Positions 18,671 through 27,754 of a stretch of DNA of 58,855 bases are shown one piece after another. Both the position numbers and the translations under genes were made by a program. The stretch covers positions 1 to 58,855 of the IMG/VR virus record IMGVR_UViG_3300036915_000009, one strand, 5' to 3'. The stretch's first letter is position 1. Every line of letters starts with the position of its first letter. The notes beneath the pieces were generated by a model that did no database searches, was not told the origin of the DNA, and saw nothing but the letters and a program-made list of their open reading frames with translations. Source of the stretch: a virus. Its lineage: Duplodnaviria > Caudoviricetes.

Positions 18671-19240
18671 TTAGCGCTCCCAGCCGTCGATTTCGACCGC
18701 CAACACGCCCACGCCCGAGGCGCCCATCAGGACTTCGTTCCGAACGAGCAGCCCTTCCTCTTCTTCGAGGATCAGCGGATGATCGTCGCGTGGCTCATAC
18801 ACACCTTCGAAGGCTGGCGTGGTGCCGAAGCCGCCCGCCCGAAGCAGTGGTTGGCCGGCGATCGTGTGAGTGCCGGCGGTGAGCGCGCCCGTCGTCCCGA
18901 TGCGACCAGCGGCGACGCTTGCATCGGCCTCGCTGGTGATGCGCTTCGCTGGAGTGATGGCAGTGCCGCCCGTGTGCGCTGCGCTGTAGCCCGTCATCTT
19001 GAACAGGGCGACCACCATGGCCTGGGCTGCACCGAAGGCGACGGTGGGGTGGAAGGCCAATCGAACGCGACTGATGAACACCTTCTTGGTGCTGCTCGGG
19101 TTGCGAAGCACGTACAGATGGCCCGCGGTAGCGCTGCCAGCGGCGACCGTGGTGATCAGCCCGCTCGCGCCCCCGTAGTTGAAGAAAGGACGGTTGTAAT
19201 TGTGTTTGGGGTCGATCAGGTTCGACGGTTCGACGGCCAT
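18671..19240 (-). CDS. Virion protein, paralog B
   Basis: Shares YSAAHTGGTAIT, RIGTTGALTAGT and VEIDG[FW]ER with paralog A; AGGAG RBS. Confidence 0.7.
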   Translation of the reverse strand: MAVEPSNLIDPKHNYNRPFFNYGGASGLITTVAAGSATAGHLYVLRNPSSTKKVFISRVRLAFHPTVAFGAAQAMVVALFKMTGYSAAHTGGTAITPAKRITSEADASVAAGRIGTTGALTAGTHTIAGQPLLRAGGFGTTPAFEGVYEPRDDHPLILEEEEGLLVRNEVLMGASGVGVLAVEIDGWER

Positions 19241-19267
19241 TGCATACCTCTCCTGCTGGGTGACAAA

Positions 19268-19283
19268 GAGGCGCGCCTACCTC
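19268..19283 (-). promoter_or_regulatory. AGGCGC-loop hairpin, copy 1
   Basis: mRNA sense GAGGU-AGGCGC-GCCUC, 27 nt before the paralog B start. Confidence 0.55.
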
Positions 19284-19356
19284 CGCGATCGCGTCCCACT
19301 ATGACAGCCGCCCGGATGGCACTACAAAGGGCCGAGCCGGATCCGGTGCTTTTTAA

Positions 19357-19368
19357 GATCCATGGATC
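19357..19368. promoter_or_regulatory. Palindrome GATCCATGGATC, copy 3
   Basis: Divergent intergenic region between 19240(-) and 19417(+). Confidence 0.6.
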
Positions 19369-19416
19369 GGGTTTCGTGCCGGGTATTTGCTGCTGCTCGG
19401 CGCTAGGCTGATCGCT

Positions 19417-19629
19417 GTGAGTTGCGCGCTGCCATCACCGCCTACGCTCGGCTTCACGCTGCCATCGCCAGTCGTGCCCGCGCTGCCCGATCTGCCTGCG
19501 CTGCCCGCTGCGCCCGCTCTGCCTGCGCTGCCATCACCGCCTACGCTCGGCTTCACGCTGCCATCACCAGTCGTGCCTGCGCTGCCCGATCTGCCTGCGC
19601 TGCCCGCTGCGTTCTGTCCGCTCGCTTGA
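19417..19629 (+). CDS. Small Pro/Leu-rich protein with a 33-aa internal duplication
   Basis: MSCALPSPPTLGFTLPSP...FCPLA; 99-bp repeat period; stop abuts the spike gene stop. Confidence 0.5.
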   Translation: MSCALPSPPTLGFTLPSPVVPALPDLPALPAAPALPALPSPPTLGFTLPSPVVPALPDLPALPAAFCPLA

Positions 19630-20406
19630 TCAAACAGGCGAGACGAACAAGCTCGGGCAAGGCGGCGAAGAAGCGCCAGGCAGCAGCGCCACGCCAGCAT
19701 CCGCTTCGGCGCCCACGTATACGTTGCCCTTCAGCGTGATCTTCTGAGCGTTCACCACGAACTCGCCCGCGCTCATGCGCCCGAAGGTGCTGCCATCGCA
19801 TGACCACACGATGCCGGGATCGCCGCCGCCCGCGTCCTCGGTGAGGCTGAAGAAGACGCCGTCGCCATGGATCAGCGAGATCGAGCTATTGCCATCGGTT
19901 GGATCGATGCTGATGGCGTGGGCTTTGGTCGGTGCCCCGTCGCCGTCGAACTCATAAGGGACGTAGATCGTGGTCACGTTGCCCTTCTTGCTGCCCGTGT
20001 TGGCGGAGGTCATCGTGTGGGCGACGAACGCCCCACCGTAGCCACCAAACATCAGCTGACCCTTCGCTGGTGCTGACGTGCCGCCAGCGTTGATGGCGCG
20101 GTGGATCCTCAGATCTCGAAAGGCGAACGGCGTCAGTCCGTCCTCGGTGCGAGCCGCCAGTGCCTCCGCGAACAAGTCGCCTTCTGGTTCAAGTGGGCGG
20201 CCTACGATGCCGAGCGCGCTGTAAGTGTCTTGCTCGTGCGCCTGCTCGCCTTGTTCGTTGTCTTCCTCAGCGCCAGTTATTGCGCCGTTCGCATCAACGG
20301 CAAAACCAGCGATGCCGGCAACGTTGAAAAGGGTCGCCTTGTTCGTGCCCGCCACGCTGGAGGCGACCACTCGAACGAACTCGATCACTTGATTGAGAGC
20401 TGACAC
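19630..20406 (-). CDS. Baseplate spike / assembly protein V (Mu gp45-like)
   Basis: YSALGIVGRP...RDLR...KGQLMFGGYGG then beta repeats; downstream of the hub gene. Confidence 0.65.
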   Translation of the reverse strand: MSALNQVIEFVRVVASSVAGTNKATLFNVAGIAGFAVDANGAITGAEEDNEQGEQAHEQDTYSALGIVGRPLEPEGDLFAEALAARTEDGLTPFAFRDLRIHRAINAGGTSAPAKGQLMFGGYGGAFVAHTMTSANTGSKKGNVTTIYVPYEFDGDGAPTKAHAISIDPTDGNSSISLIHGDGVFFSLTEDAGGGDPGIVWSCDGSTFGRMSAGEFVVNAQKITLKGNVYVGAEADAGVALLPGASSPPCPSLFVSPV

Positions 20407-20412
20407 CAGCCG

Positions 20413-20664
20413 TCACAATACCGCGTTGAGCGCTCGACGCACCAGAGCCCAGACGGAAGCCGAGCGGCGAGGGAAGTCCTCTACTCTCGCGCGCCGCTGA
20501 ACGGTGCTCGGCCTGCCTCGGCGCATGAGTTCCACCACGTAGTTACCGCGGGGCGCGTCCCCCGATCCGTCGCTTGCGGTGCCGTCGTTTGTGATCGCCA
20601 TGCGCCCGATCTCGGTGCTCTTGCCGGTACGACTGGAGTGCAGCTCGATCCGGACGATGAGCAT
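20413..20664 (-). CDS. Small hypothetical phage protein
   Basis: MLIVRIEL...IGRMAITNDGT...RGNY...FPR..VWALV. Confidence 0.65.
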   Translation of the reverse strand: MLIVRIELHSSRTGKSTEIGRMAITNDGTASDGSGDAPRGNYVVELMRRGRPSTVQRRARVEDFPRRSASVWALVRRALNAVL

Positions 20665-20816
20665 AATTGCCCCACGATACGACCAAGATGGACAGGCCGA
20701 TCAGTTTTTTTTGTTCAGCCTGAGCACCGATCCATGTATTTGATCCAGGTTCAGGGCCAAGAGGGGAAACCAAGACCAAACCAACAACCAAGACCAACCA
20801 CGGAAGGGGGCCAGCG

Positions 20817-22052
20817 ATGGCGTCCAGACAAAATACTAACGCCTCAGGTGGCAGCCCGAGGCGTCAGGTATCCGTGCGAGGAGCTACAGATACGTCGTCA
20901 ATTCGAGACGGACAATATGCTGCAGCTCGTCGCGCAGGCAAGAAAAACAACACACAAAGACAGTCCATGGGCCGGCTGCCACTCGCCCAGTTCAATCGGC
21001 GCGTCAAACGGGCGCTTGCGGCGGCTAGAGCCGTTTTGCGTGATGCCTGGGGAAGTGTACGCGAGCAGTCGAACCACGTCCTGAGAGCGCTGCTTCGCCT
21101 GCTTTTCCGCCATGGTGGGTTCGTTCTCGGTCAGCGGGTCGCTTACTCGGTGGAGCGTTTGGCCGAGGCGCTGGAGTGTAGCGAGCGGACCGTCTATCGG
21201 CACTTGGAGGTGTTGCGCGGCGAGCTGGCGGGGCTGATCCGGGTGGTGAAGATCGAAGCCGGAGAGCTGGCGCATGACGGCTGGCTCGCGCGGAAAAGTC
21301 ATCTTGAGTATGAGCTTCAGCCGGAAGCGCTCGCTCGCCTGACCCCTGACAACCCGTCACTGGGCAAGAGAGCAGCGGACAAGCGCACCCCTGACAACCG
21401 ATCAGCCGATCCATGTTTAGGCACTTCCACTCCTGCAACCCATCAACAAATCTTGGGCCTAAGCCAGGCGACTGCTCCTAATTTTGAGCATTCGACTGCC
21501 AGGAGGAAGGACAAACCGCGCGCCGCGACATACAACCCAACCGAGCCACCACCGCCACCCGAGCGGGTAGCAGAAGCGGAGGCCGCTATTCGCCAGCACC
21601 GAACGCTGGCAGAAGGCAAAGCGGCGGTCGAACACATCGCCCCCGAGGAACTCAGCGTCGCATTGGCCGCGCTGGACAGCTGCACCGAGCCGAGCCGAGC
21701 CGAGCGCCTGGCTTGCCTAGCGGAGGTCAGCAAGCTGGCGCTGCGCGACTCCAAACGCAACGGCCACGGCGTTGCCACGCTGCGCTATGCCTGGGGCGAG
21801 AACGGCGAGTGGGTTCGCGAGCGGCTAGCTCGGTTGCGCGAGGCGGAGCGCGAGGCGGAGCGCGAGGCGGAAGCTCGACAGTGCAACGCCCTGTTTGATC
21901 GGATCGAGCGCAACGCGCCGCGCCAGCCGCCAGTGCCCCGAGCCGTCCGCCGAGCAATCCGAAGGCCTTCCGTTTCGCCGAGCAACCAAGCGCGCCCCAC
22001 CATCGAGGAACTGACGGCGGGGCTTGCCATCGTGGAGGCAAGTTTGCGGTAG
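20817..22052 (+). CDS. Winged-HTH protein resembling a replication initiator, inserted antisense in the tail operon
   Basis: YSVERLAEALECSERTVYRHLEVL HTH; internal direct repeat CCCCTGACAACC; C/A-rich leader. Confidence 0.55.
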   Translation: MASRQNTNASGGSPRRQVSVRGATDTSSIRDGQYAAARRAGKKNNTQRQSMGRLPLAQFNRRVKRALAAARAVLRDAWGSVREQSNHVLRALLRLLFRHGGFVLGQRVAYSVERLAEALECSERTVYRHLEVLRGELAGLIRVVKIEAGELAHDGWLARKSHLEYELQPEALARLTPDNPSLGKRAADKRTPDNRSADPCLGTSTPATHQQILGLSQATAPNFEHSTARRKDKPRAATYNPTEPPPPPERVAEAEAAIRQHRTLAEGKAAVEHIAPEELSVALAALDSCTEPSRAERLACLAEVSKLALRDSKRNGHGVATLRYAWGENGEWVRERLARLREAEREAEREAEARQCNALFDRIERNAPRQPPVPRAVRRAIRRPSVSPSNQARPTIEELTAGLAIVEASLR

Positions 22053-22150
22053 CGTAGGCGGTTGGGTTGGCGGTATACAGTCCGCGCGGGCGGGGTCCGG
22101 GGGTCGAAAGCGTCCCCCCCCGTTTCCCTCCGGGCCTTCCCCGCGACCTA

Positions 22151-23299
22151 CTACAGCACCCAAGTGCCTTGGCGCACGAGCGAGAGTGTTGTGGAGTCCG
22201 CATCGGATGCCGTGCGATTCATGGTGACCGCCTCCACGTAGTAAGCGCCGAGCGCGCCGCCCAGTTGCTCGATGATCACATCCACCACCGTGTCGGGCGA
22301 CCATGGCAGCAATTCGCTACCCTCGCGGTAGCTCAGGCCGTCCACGCTGACCGTGATCCGTTCGAGGCCGCGCGAGCGCAGCGAGAACTCGCGACGGGCG
22401 CGCCGCTCGGCAAGTTGTTTGGTTCGCACCGCCTCGTCAACGATGACAGCAGCTCGTCGGAAGCCGCGGGCGATCAGATCGGCGTTGAATTGAGTGGAGC
22501 TAACGCGCGCCCGGCTGAAGTCTCGGCCGCCGCCGATGCCGAACACCCCGAGCACAGTGGGCGCGTCGCTGACGTTCTGCTCGCGGCTGGCGCTGCGAAC
22601 ATTGTTGTACTGCCCGTTGGGCGCTCGGAAGCTGCGCAGCGTGGCGATAGGCTCCTGCGTATCGTCAGGGGCGGCGACCACGATGCGACCGTCCGCGCCA
22701 TCCCAATGCAGCAAGCCATGGCGCCTTAGATGCCGATCCACTGCGCTATAGACGGTTTCGGGCGGGTTGACTTTCGCCTGATCTTCTTTGAGCGGTTCGA
22801 GGTTCGGCGCTGTGCGCTGGCCGCGACTGGTGCGCCCCGTCATCAGATCGCGAGAGACATCCGCCTGGAAGTCGAAATCGACTTCCTCGAGCCCGATGGC
22901 TTCATAGCAACCGAGCACGAAATCCTTGATGCTGCTGCGCTTCAGCTGAAGACCCTGCGGCGCCGATGCTGCCACTGCGTCGGTCATGCGGGTTCGCACC
23001 ACGAATTGCTGTGTGGAACTCTGCCCCGAGTCCAGCGAGCTATTGCGTGCCTCCACGCGTCCGACGATGCGCGAACGGTCGTTGACGGTAACGTAGAAGC
23101 TAGAGCCGAGTTCGCAGGCCGCCTCAATGCGATTATACCCGGTATCATCGCCGAGCTCTAAGCTTGCTTCCGCCGGTCCCGTGATCGAGTGGCTGAGCGA
23201 GAAGCTGGTCCATTCGGAGAAATTGAAGTCGAAATCGCCCGCGTTCGATGGGGTGCCGAGCGCGTAAGCTCGAACGCTATCGATCAGCGACCCGCTCAC
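22151..23299 (-). CDS. Baseplate hub protein (Mu gp44/gpP-like)
   Basis: WTSFSLSHSI...KVNPPETVY...GLLHWDGADG...WSPDTVV...YYVEAV. Confidence 0.8.
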   Translation of the reverse strand: MSGSLIDSVRAYALGTPSNAGDFDFNFSEWTSFSLSHSITGPAEASLELGDDTGYNRIEAACELGSSFYVTVNDRSRIVGRVEARNSSLDSGQSSTQQFVVRTRMTDAVAASAPQGLQLKRSSIKDFVLGCYEAIGLEEVDFDFQADVSRDLMTGRTSRGQRTAPNLEPLKEDQAKVNPPETVYSAVDRHLRRHGLLHWDGADGRIVVAAPDDTQEPIATLRSFRAPNGQYNNVRSASREQNVSDAPTVLGVFGIGGGRDFSRARVSSTQFNADLIARGFRRAAVIVDEAVRTKQLAERRARREFSLRSRGLERITVSVDGLSYREGSELLPWSPDTVVDVIIEQLGGALGAYYVEAVTMNRTASDADSTTLSLVRQGTWVL

Positions 23300-23658
23300 C
23301 GCGATGCCTTGGCTCTCTTCTTCGCCGCCCGCTTCGCCGCCCGCTTGCTGCGCTTGGCCTTGCGCTTCGGCGCCTTCGGCTCATCGCCAAACAAGAGGCA
23401 TCGGACGTCCAGGTCGAGCGCATCGGCGATAGCCGCCGCTTCTGCCAAGTTGAGTGCCACGGGGGGCTCGCCCAGCTCGCTCGCCTCCAGCTCTCGCACA
23501 AAAGCTGGCTCCAGCACGCCCTCACGATCGCGCTCGCATAGTTGGTCAGCAGACAGCCCCAGTTCCAGCCGCCGAGAGCGACACCGCACACCCATGCCGC
23601 CATAGAGAAAATATGCCCGGTTGGCGGGCGACTGTGGTTCATCGATCTGAGTTGCCAT
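23296..23658 (-). CDS. XRE/Cro-like HTH protein with basic tail
   Basis: RSRRLELGLSADQL...ELE...AIADALDLDVRCLL; K/R/A-rich C-terminus. Confidence 0.65.
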   Translation of the reverse strand: MATQIDEPQSPANRAYFLYGGMGVRCRSRRLELGLSADQLCERDREGVLEPAFVRELEASELGEPPVALNLAEAAAIADALDLDVRCLLFGDEPKAPKRKAKRSKRAAKRAAKKRAKASR

Positions 23659-23662
23659 TGCT

Positions 23663-24613
23663 TCACCGCGGGGTGGTTTCGAATATTCGCACCACCTCAC
23701 CACGGGTCAACAGAAACGGATCGCCGACGCGGGACGCGTTCAGATCCAGCAGCTCCTCGGCGTCCTGATCGAAGCGAGCGGCGATCTCGAAGAGACTGGT
23801 CCGCTCGACGTCCACCACGAAGGCACGCACCCGGGGGCGGCTGCGGACCCGCTCATCTTCAGCCGCCGCTTCACGATCGAGCAGCTGCTGGAATTGTCGC
23901 GCCGTTTCGCTGCCACGCGGATCGGCAAATAGACCCTCGTCGCCCGCTTCCTTCCGCGCGGTTCTCACCACGCCTTGGATGATCCGGCGATGGGCTCGCG
24001 CCTGGGCGGCCACATCTGCCGAAGCCGCCCCGGGCGCTCTCATGAGCGTTTCGATCTCGCTTGCTGCCGTGCGCAGGCTGGCGATGCCATCGGACCACAC
24101 TCCACTCTTCTGAGCACTGAAAGTGGTTTGCTCGGCGAGCTTCCGAACGGTCGCGGTTACGGAAGGGGGTTCGAGGATGGAGCGATCCAGCGCGTCCTCG
24201 TTGTCCTGCAGAAACACCACATCCAAGATAGCGGCGTCATCTTCCTCCGGCATCTCGCGGCGGGTGTAGTCCACCACTCGGGCGCGGATCTCGCCCACCG
24301 TTGGGCACACCAGCGTTCCCGTCTCGTGGACGTCGAAGCTATCGATCATCCGCCGCAGCATGAAAGGGTAGAGTGGCTGGGGATTGTCCTCGATGCCGGG
24401 CTCTTCGATGGTGTTGGCGAAGATCATGGCCACTTGCCACTGGCGCGCTTTGCTGCCCGTGTCGTCCAGCTTGGCGCCGTTGCGACCGGGGCGCTCGTGA
24501 GTGACGATGCGGTTGCCACCCTGCTCTGTCACGCTGAGCACCGGAAACACGATCGGATCGAGCGAGCCTACGCGCCAGCGACCCGGCGGGTATTGAGCGA
24601 ATACAATGCCCAT
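23663..24613 (-). CDS. Mu gp43/gpN-like DNA circularisation (tube initiator) protein with LysM-like C-terminus
   Basis: GGNRIVTHERPGRNGAKLDDTGSKAR...GTLVCPTVG; SLFEIAARF...LLDLN. Confidence 0.8.
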   Translation of the reverse strand: MGIVFAQYPPGRWRVGSLDPIVFPVLSVTEQGGNRIVTHERPGRNGAKLDDTGSKARQWQVAMIFANTIEEPGIEDNPQPLYPFMLRRMIDSFDVHETGTLVCPTVGEIRARVVDYTRREMPEEDDAAILDVVFLQDNEDALDRSILEPPSVTATVRKLAEQTTFSAQKSGVWSDGIASLRTAASEIETLMRAPGAASADVAAQARAHRRIIQGVVRTARKEAGDEGLFADPRGSETARQFQQLLDREAAAEDERVRSRPRVRAFVVDVERTSLFEIAARFDQDAEELLDLNASRVGDPFLLTRGEVVRIFETTPR

Positions 24614-26653
24614 TCAGTAGCCTCCCAGCGCTTGGCTCGGTCCCATTGCCATTGGCCCGCGCGTGCCTGGACCGGGATCCGCGTTGCCAGCCGCTCCCCT
24701 TGATCCAGGGTTGGCAAACGCAACGCGCAACGTGGTGCCGCCCATGGCGGACCTCACCGCCTGAGCGATGGCGCGCGCTGACTGATCGTCCAGGTTTACC
24801 TGCTGTTTTTTACCAGGGCGCGTTACAGGTTGCTCAGTTGGTTGTGGAGCGGTGGGCGTCGGGGTTGCTGGTGTGCCGGCTGCCTGCGCCTTCTCCAGCT
24901 TGTCAATATGGGCTTTCTTCCACTTCAGATCCTCCCGCGCCTTGGCGAGTTCCGTCTCCTCCATGCGGCGCTGATCGTCGCTCAGAAAAAGGCTGTTGCT
25001 GAAGCTTCCCAGTTCCTTTTCCTTGGCCGCGATGGCCTTCTCGGCGAAGCGAGCTTCGGCCCGTTCCTTGCTCAGCGACTTGCTCCTCCCAGCGAGCTTT
25101 GCGCGCGCCACCGAAATGCCACCAGTACTCTTCGCGTTCTCGTCCGCGTCCTTGCTGATTTTCTCGGCCGCCAGAGCGCCAGCAATTGCGACGGCTGCCA
25201 GAGCGCCGGCACCCTTGATCAGATTTCCGACCTTCATCCCGCCCACCACATGAGCCTGCGCGATGGTAGCAGCGGCGCCGGTCGCACCCGTCGCGTGCCC
25301 CGAGACAATACTGGCCATCATACTGGTGAGGAAGCCTTTCGCTGCCACGCCACCGAGCCCCAGCGTGCCCGCTAGGACGGGGTTTTTCGCAGCGAAGGAA
25401 ACAAAGTTCCCGAACAGCTTCGCGATCTCGGGCAGCGCAGCCGATAGATCTTCCATCGCTGTGAGTATTTCGGGAGAAGCGAAGGCCTGGTTCAAGTTTT
25501 CGAGCGCCACCCGAAGCCGCGCTTGCGGCTCGGTCGCCTTCTTCGCTGCTTCCTCCTGCAAAGCCGCTGCGTTGAGAGATGTCTTGCCGAACTGAGCAAT
25601 CGATTCGTCCAGCGAGCGCAGCGCTTGCTCGGTCGCTTCTTTGCCCCGCAAGCCGCCGGCCTTGGCTCGCTGCAGCGCTTCCTCGAAGGGCTCGGTGAAC
25701 AGAATGCGGAGCGCGTCCTTTTCTTCGGGGCCGATGAAAGCAGTCTGAAGCGCCTCCATTCCCTTCTTGCCGCGCGAGAGCATTACGCGCATCCGGGCTA
25801 GGAAGTCCTTTTCGTTGAGCAGCTTGCTAGCATCGATGCCGGCGATCTTGGCCATCGTCTTGAGCGTATTGGGGCTCCCGAGCTTCACGAGCATGTTTTG
25901 AATGCCGGACACTTGGCGACCCAAACCACCCATCTGAGCATCCGTGGCGTTCATGGCGCCCGAAAGGAACTCCAGCGCCCGCTTGCCCTCTAGCCCCGCC
26001 GTGATCAGTTTCGCCCCAACCACATCGATGACTTGGGCGAACGCTTCAAAATTGGGTCCACCTTGCTGCGCTTGCTCGTACACCTGCGCCAGCGCTTCCT
26101 TGGCTTCGGCGGCACTCAGCCCAAACTTACGCTGCATTTGTTGTGCGATGGTCGCTACCGTCTTGACCTCTTCGTTGGTCGCGGTGGCAGCCATGCCGAT
26201 GGCCTCCATCATTTCTTTGGTGAACTTCAGATCCTTGGTAGCGCCAAACACTTCCTCGAACGCGGTGGCCATCTCCTCGCTCGTGCGAGTGGTCTTGGAT
26301 GCTGAGCGCTCAACGATTTGCTGGATGTCTGCCGACTTGGTCATCGCCCCGGTGGCCGTCTGCACCCGGAAGGCGAGCGTCGAATAAGTCGAGTTGAGTT
26401 GCACCGCGTTTTTCAACGCAGCGCCAGCGCTGAACGCACCGCCGAGCGTGGCGATGGCCGTCACCCCTCGCTTCGCAGCGCTTGCTAGGCCGCCTAGTTC
26501 CTTCTTGGCTCCCGCAAGGCCCGCCTTGAGATGCTTGGCAGCATTCTTTCCCGTCACGCCCATGCGGCGCAACGAATCGCCGGCTCGCTTCATCCCAGCA
26601 AGGAATTGCGAGTTGTTCAGTGTGAGCTTAACGCTTGCTTCGCGCTGCGCCAT
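24614..26653 (-). CDS. Tape measure protein
   Basis: 679 aa, Ala/Lys-rich helical with a hydrophobic segment; follows the chaperone gene. Confidence 0.85.
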   Translation of the reverse strand: MAQREASVKLTLNNSQFLAGMKRAGDSLRRMGVTGKNAAKHLKAGLAGAKKELGGLASAAKRGVTAIATLGGAFSAGAALKNAVQLNSTYSTLAFRVQTATGAMTKSADIQQIVERSASKTTRTSEEMATAFEEVFGATKDLKFTKEMMEAIGMAATATNEEVKTVATIAQQMQRKFGLSAAEAKEALAQVYEQAQQGGPNFEAFAQVIDVVGAKLITAGLEGKRALEFLSGAMNATDAQMGGLGRQVSGIQNMLVKLGSPNTLKTMAKIAGIDASKLLNEKDFLARMRVMLSRGKKGMEALQTAFIGPEEKDALRILFTEPFEEALQRAKAGGLRGKEATEQALRSLDESIAQFGKTSLNAAALQEEAAKKATEPQARLRVALENLNQAFASPEILTAMEDLSAALPEIAKLFGNFVSFAAKNPVLAGTLGLGGVAAKGFLTSMMASIVSGHATGATGAAATIAQAHVVGGMKVGNLIKGAGALAAVAIAGALAAEKISKDADENAKSTGGISVARAKLAGRSKSLSKERAEARFAEKAIAAKEKELGSFSNSLFLSDDQRRMEETELAKAREDLKWKKAHIDKLEKAQAAGTPATPTPTAPQPTEQPVTRPGKKQQVNLDDQSARAIAQAVRSAMGGTTLRVAFANPGSRGAAGNADPGPGTRGPMAMGPSQALGGY

Positions 26654-26671
26654 CGGCTCGCCTCCGTCCGG

Positions 26672-27319
26672 TCAGGATGTTTCGGAGTTCGTCGGGGGTG
26701 ACGAGTCCAGTGGCGAGGTCGGCGATGGCTGAACCCACGAGGGCGCGTTCGGAGAGCGCAAGGCTTCCTCGGCCATGAGCACTATACAACTGTACTGCGC
26801 GGGCCCAACCATACCGACTAAAGGGGCGGGGGTTTTCTCCCCCGCGATGCGAACAATGGTCTGCCAGAGTTGCTCGCCATCGAGTTCGCCGAACCGCGGA
26901 TCGAGCATCTCCACCCAGGCATCGTAACGTCCCCACACCTCCGACAGTGTTTGCCAGTCGTAAGTGTCCAACAGCGCCTTGGCGTCTATGACGTGCTGAT
27001 CGAACGTGCCGGGGTCGCGAATCGCGAAGGCGAGGATCGAATAATTCTCCAGATCGTCCAGGTAGTCTTTGTCTCGATCCAGGTCGAGCTTCAGTTCGGC
27101 GGCAAGTGCTCTCGCCTGGATCCGCGCTCGAAACCGCTGCTGGTTGGTCACGTTGCGCAGCCGGACGTCCACCTCTTTCAAGTCGCCGTTTTTCGTGCGG
27201 CGTTTGAGCGTTGCTGGCAGGTGCAGCACCTCGTTGTGCTCTTCGACACCAAGAGCCTGCCAGTTGTCCAGCGCGATCCGCACCGCGCGATCTTCGGCAG
27301 GCTCCTCAGCGTCACTCAT
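26672..27319 (-). CDS. Tail assembly chaperone
   Basis: Between tube and tape measure; carries an in-frame slippery heptamer. Confidence 0.75.
   Translation of the reverse strand: MSDAEEPAEDRAVRIALDNWQALGVEEHNEVLHLPATLKRRTKNGDLKEVDVRLRNVTNQQRFRARIQARALAAELKLDLDRDKDYLDDLENYSILAFAIRDPGTFDQHVIDAKALLDTYDWQTLSEVWGRYDAWVEMLDPRFGELDGEQLWQTIVRIAGEKTPAPLVGMVGPAQYSCIVLMAEEALRSPNAPSWVQPSPTSPLDSSPPTNSETS
26819..26825 (-). other. Candidate -1 ribosomal frameshift site C CCU UUA
   Basis: X XXY YYZ heptamer in the chaperone frame; the -1 frame stays open to 26628. Confidence 0.55.
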
Positions 27320-27337
27320 GACTTTGCAAGTTCCGCC

Positions 27338-27721
27338 TTACAGGCGGACTTCCTCCATGTGTCCGATGAACGTTGCCGACCCCTTGGTGGCGTCGTCCAG
27401 TGGCGCGTCCAGATCGCAGCCTTGATATGCGCCGTTCACGGTCCAGGCGACATTTGGACCCTTCGCGCGCAGCTGGCGGACGGTGCCCGTTTTCACGTCC
27501 CGCCAATAGTTGCGCTCGGGGCCGTCCTCGTCGATCGCGAAGTCGAACGAGATCGAGCATTCTTCGGTGCCGAGCGTGATGCCGGCTCCCTTGCGCCGCA
27601 GGGTGTGAACCTGCTTCGCATTGTTCGTCAGCGTGATCGTGAAGTTTGTTACCTGGACCAGGTCGCCGTTGCCCTGCGCCAGAAAAACCTTCGGGTAAAT
27701 CAGTTGTTCGCCGTCTGCCAT
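27338..27721 (-). CDS. Tail tube protein
   Basis: 127 aa beta-rich ORF right after the sheath. Confidence 0.75.
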   Translation of the reverse strand: MADGEQLIYPKVFLAQGNGDLVQVTNFTITLTNNAKQVHTLRRKGAGITLGTEECSISFDFAIDEDGPERNYWRDVKTGTVRQLRAKGPNVAWTVNGAYQGCDLDAPLDDATKGSATFIGHMEEVRL

Positions 27722-27754
27722 TGGATGTGCCTCTCGTTAAGTGCCTTCCGCCGT

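Noticed and set aside
18080-19240. Diversity-generating retroelement template/variable repeat pair
   Set aside because: No reverse transcriptase; both copies are full ORFs and differences are not adenine-specific
19353-19700. Gly/Ser-rich - strand ORF over the 99-bp repeat
   Set aside because: Overlaps the spike gene and palindrome copy 3 and looks like the antisense shadow of the Pro-rich ORF; not fully excluded
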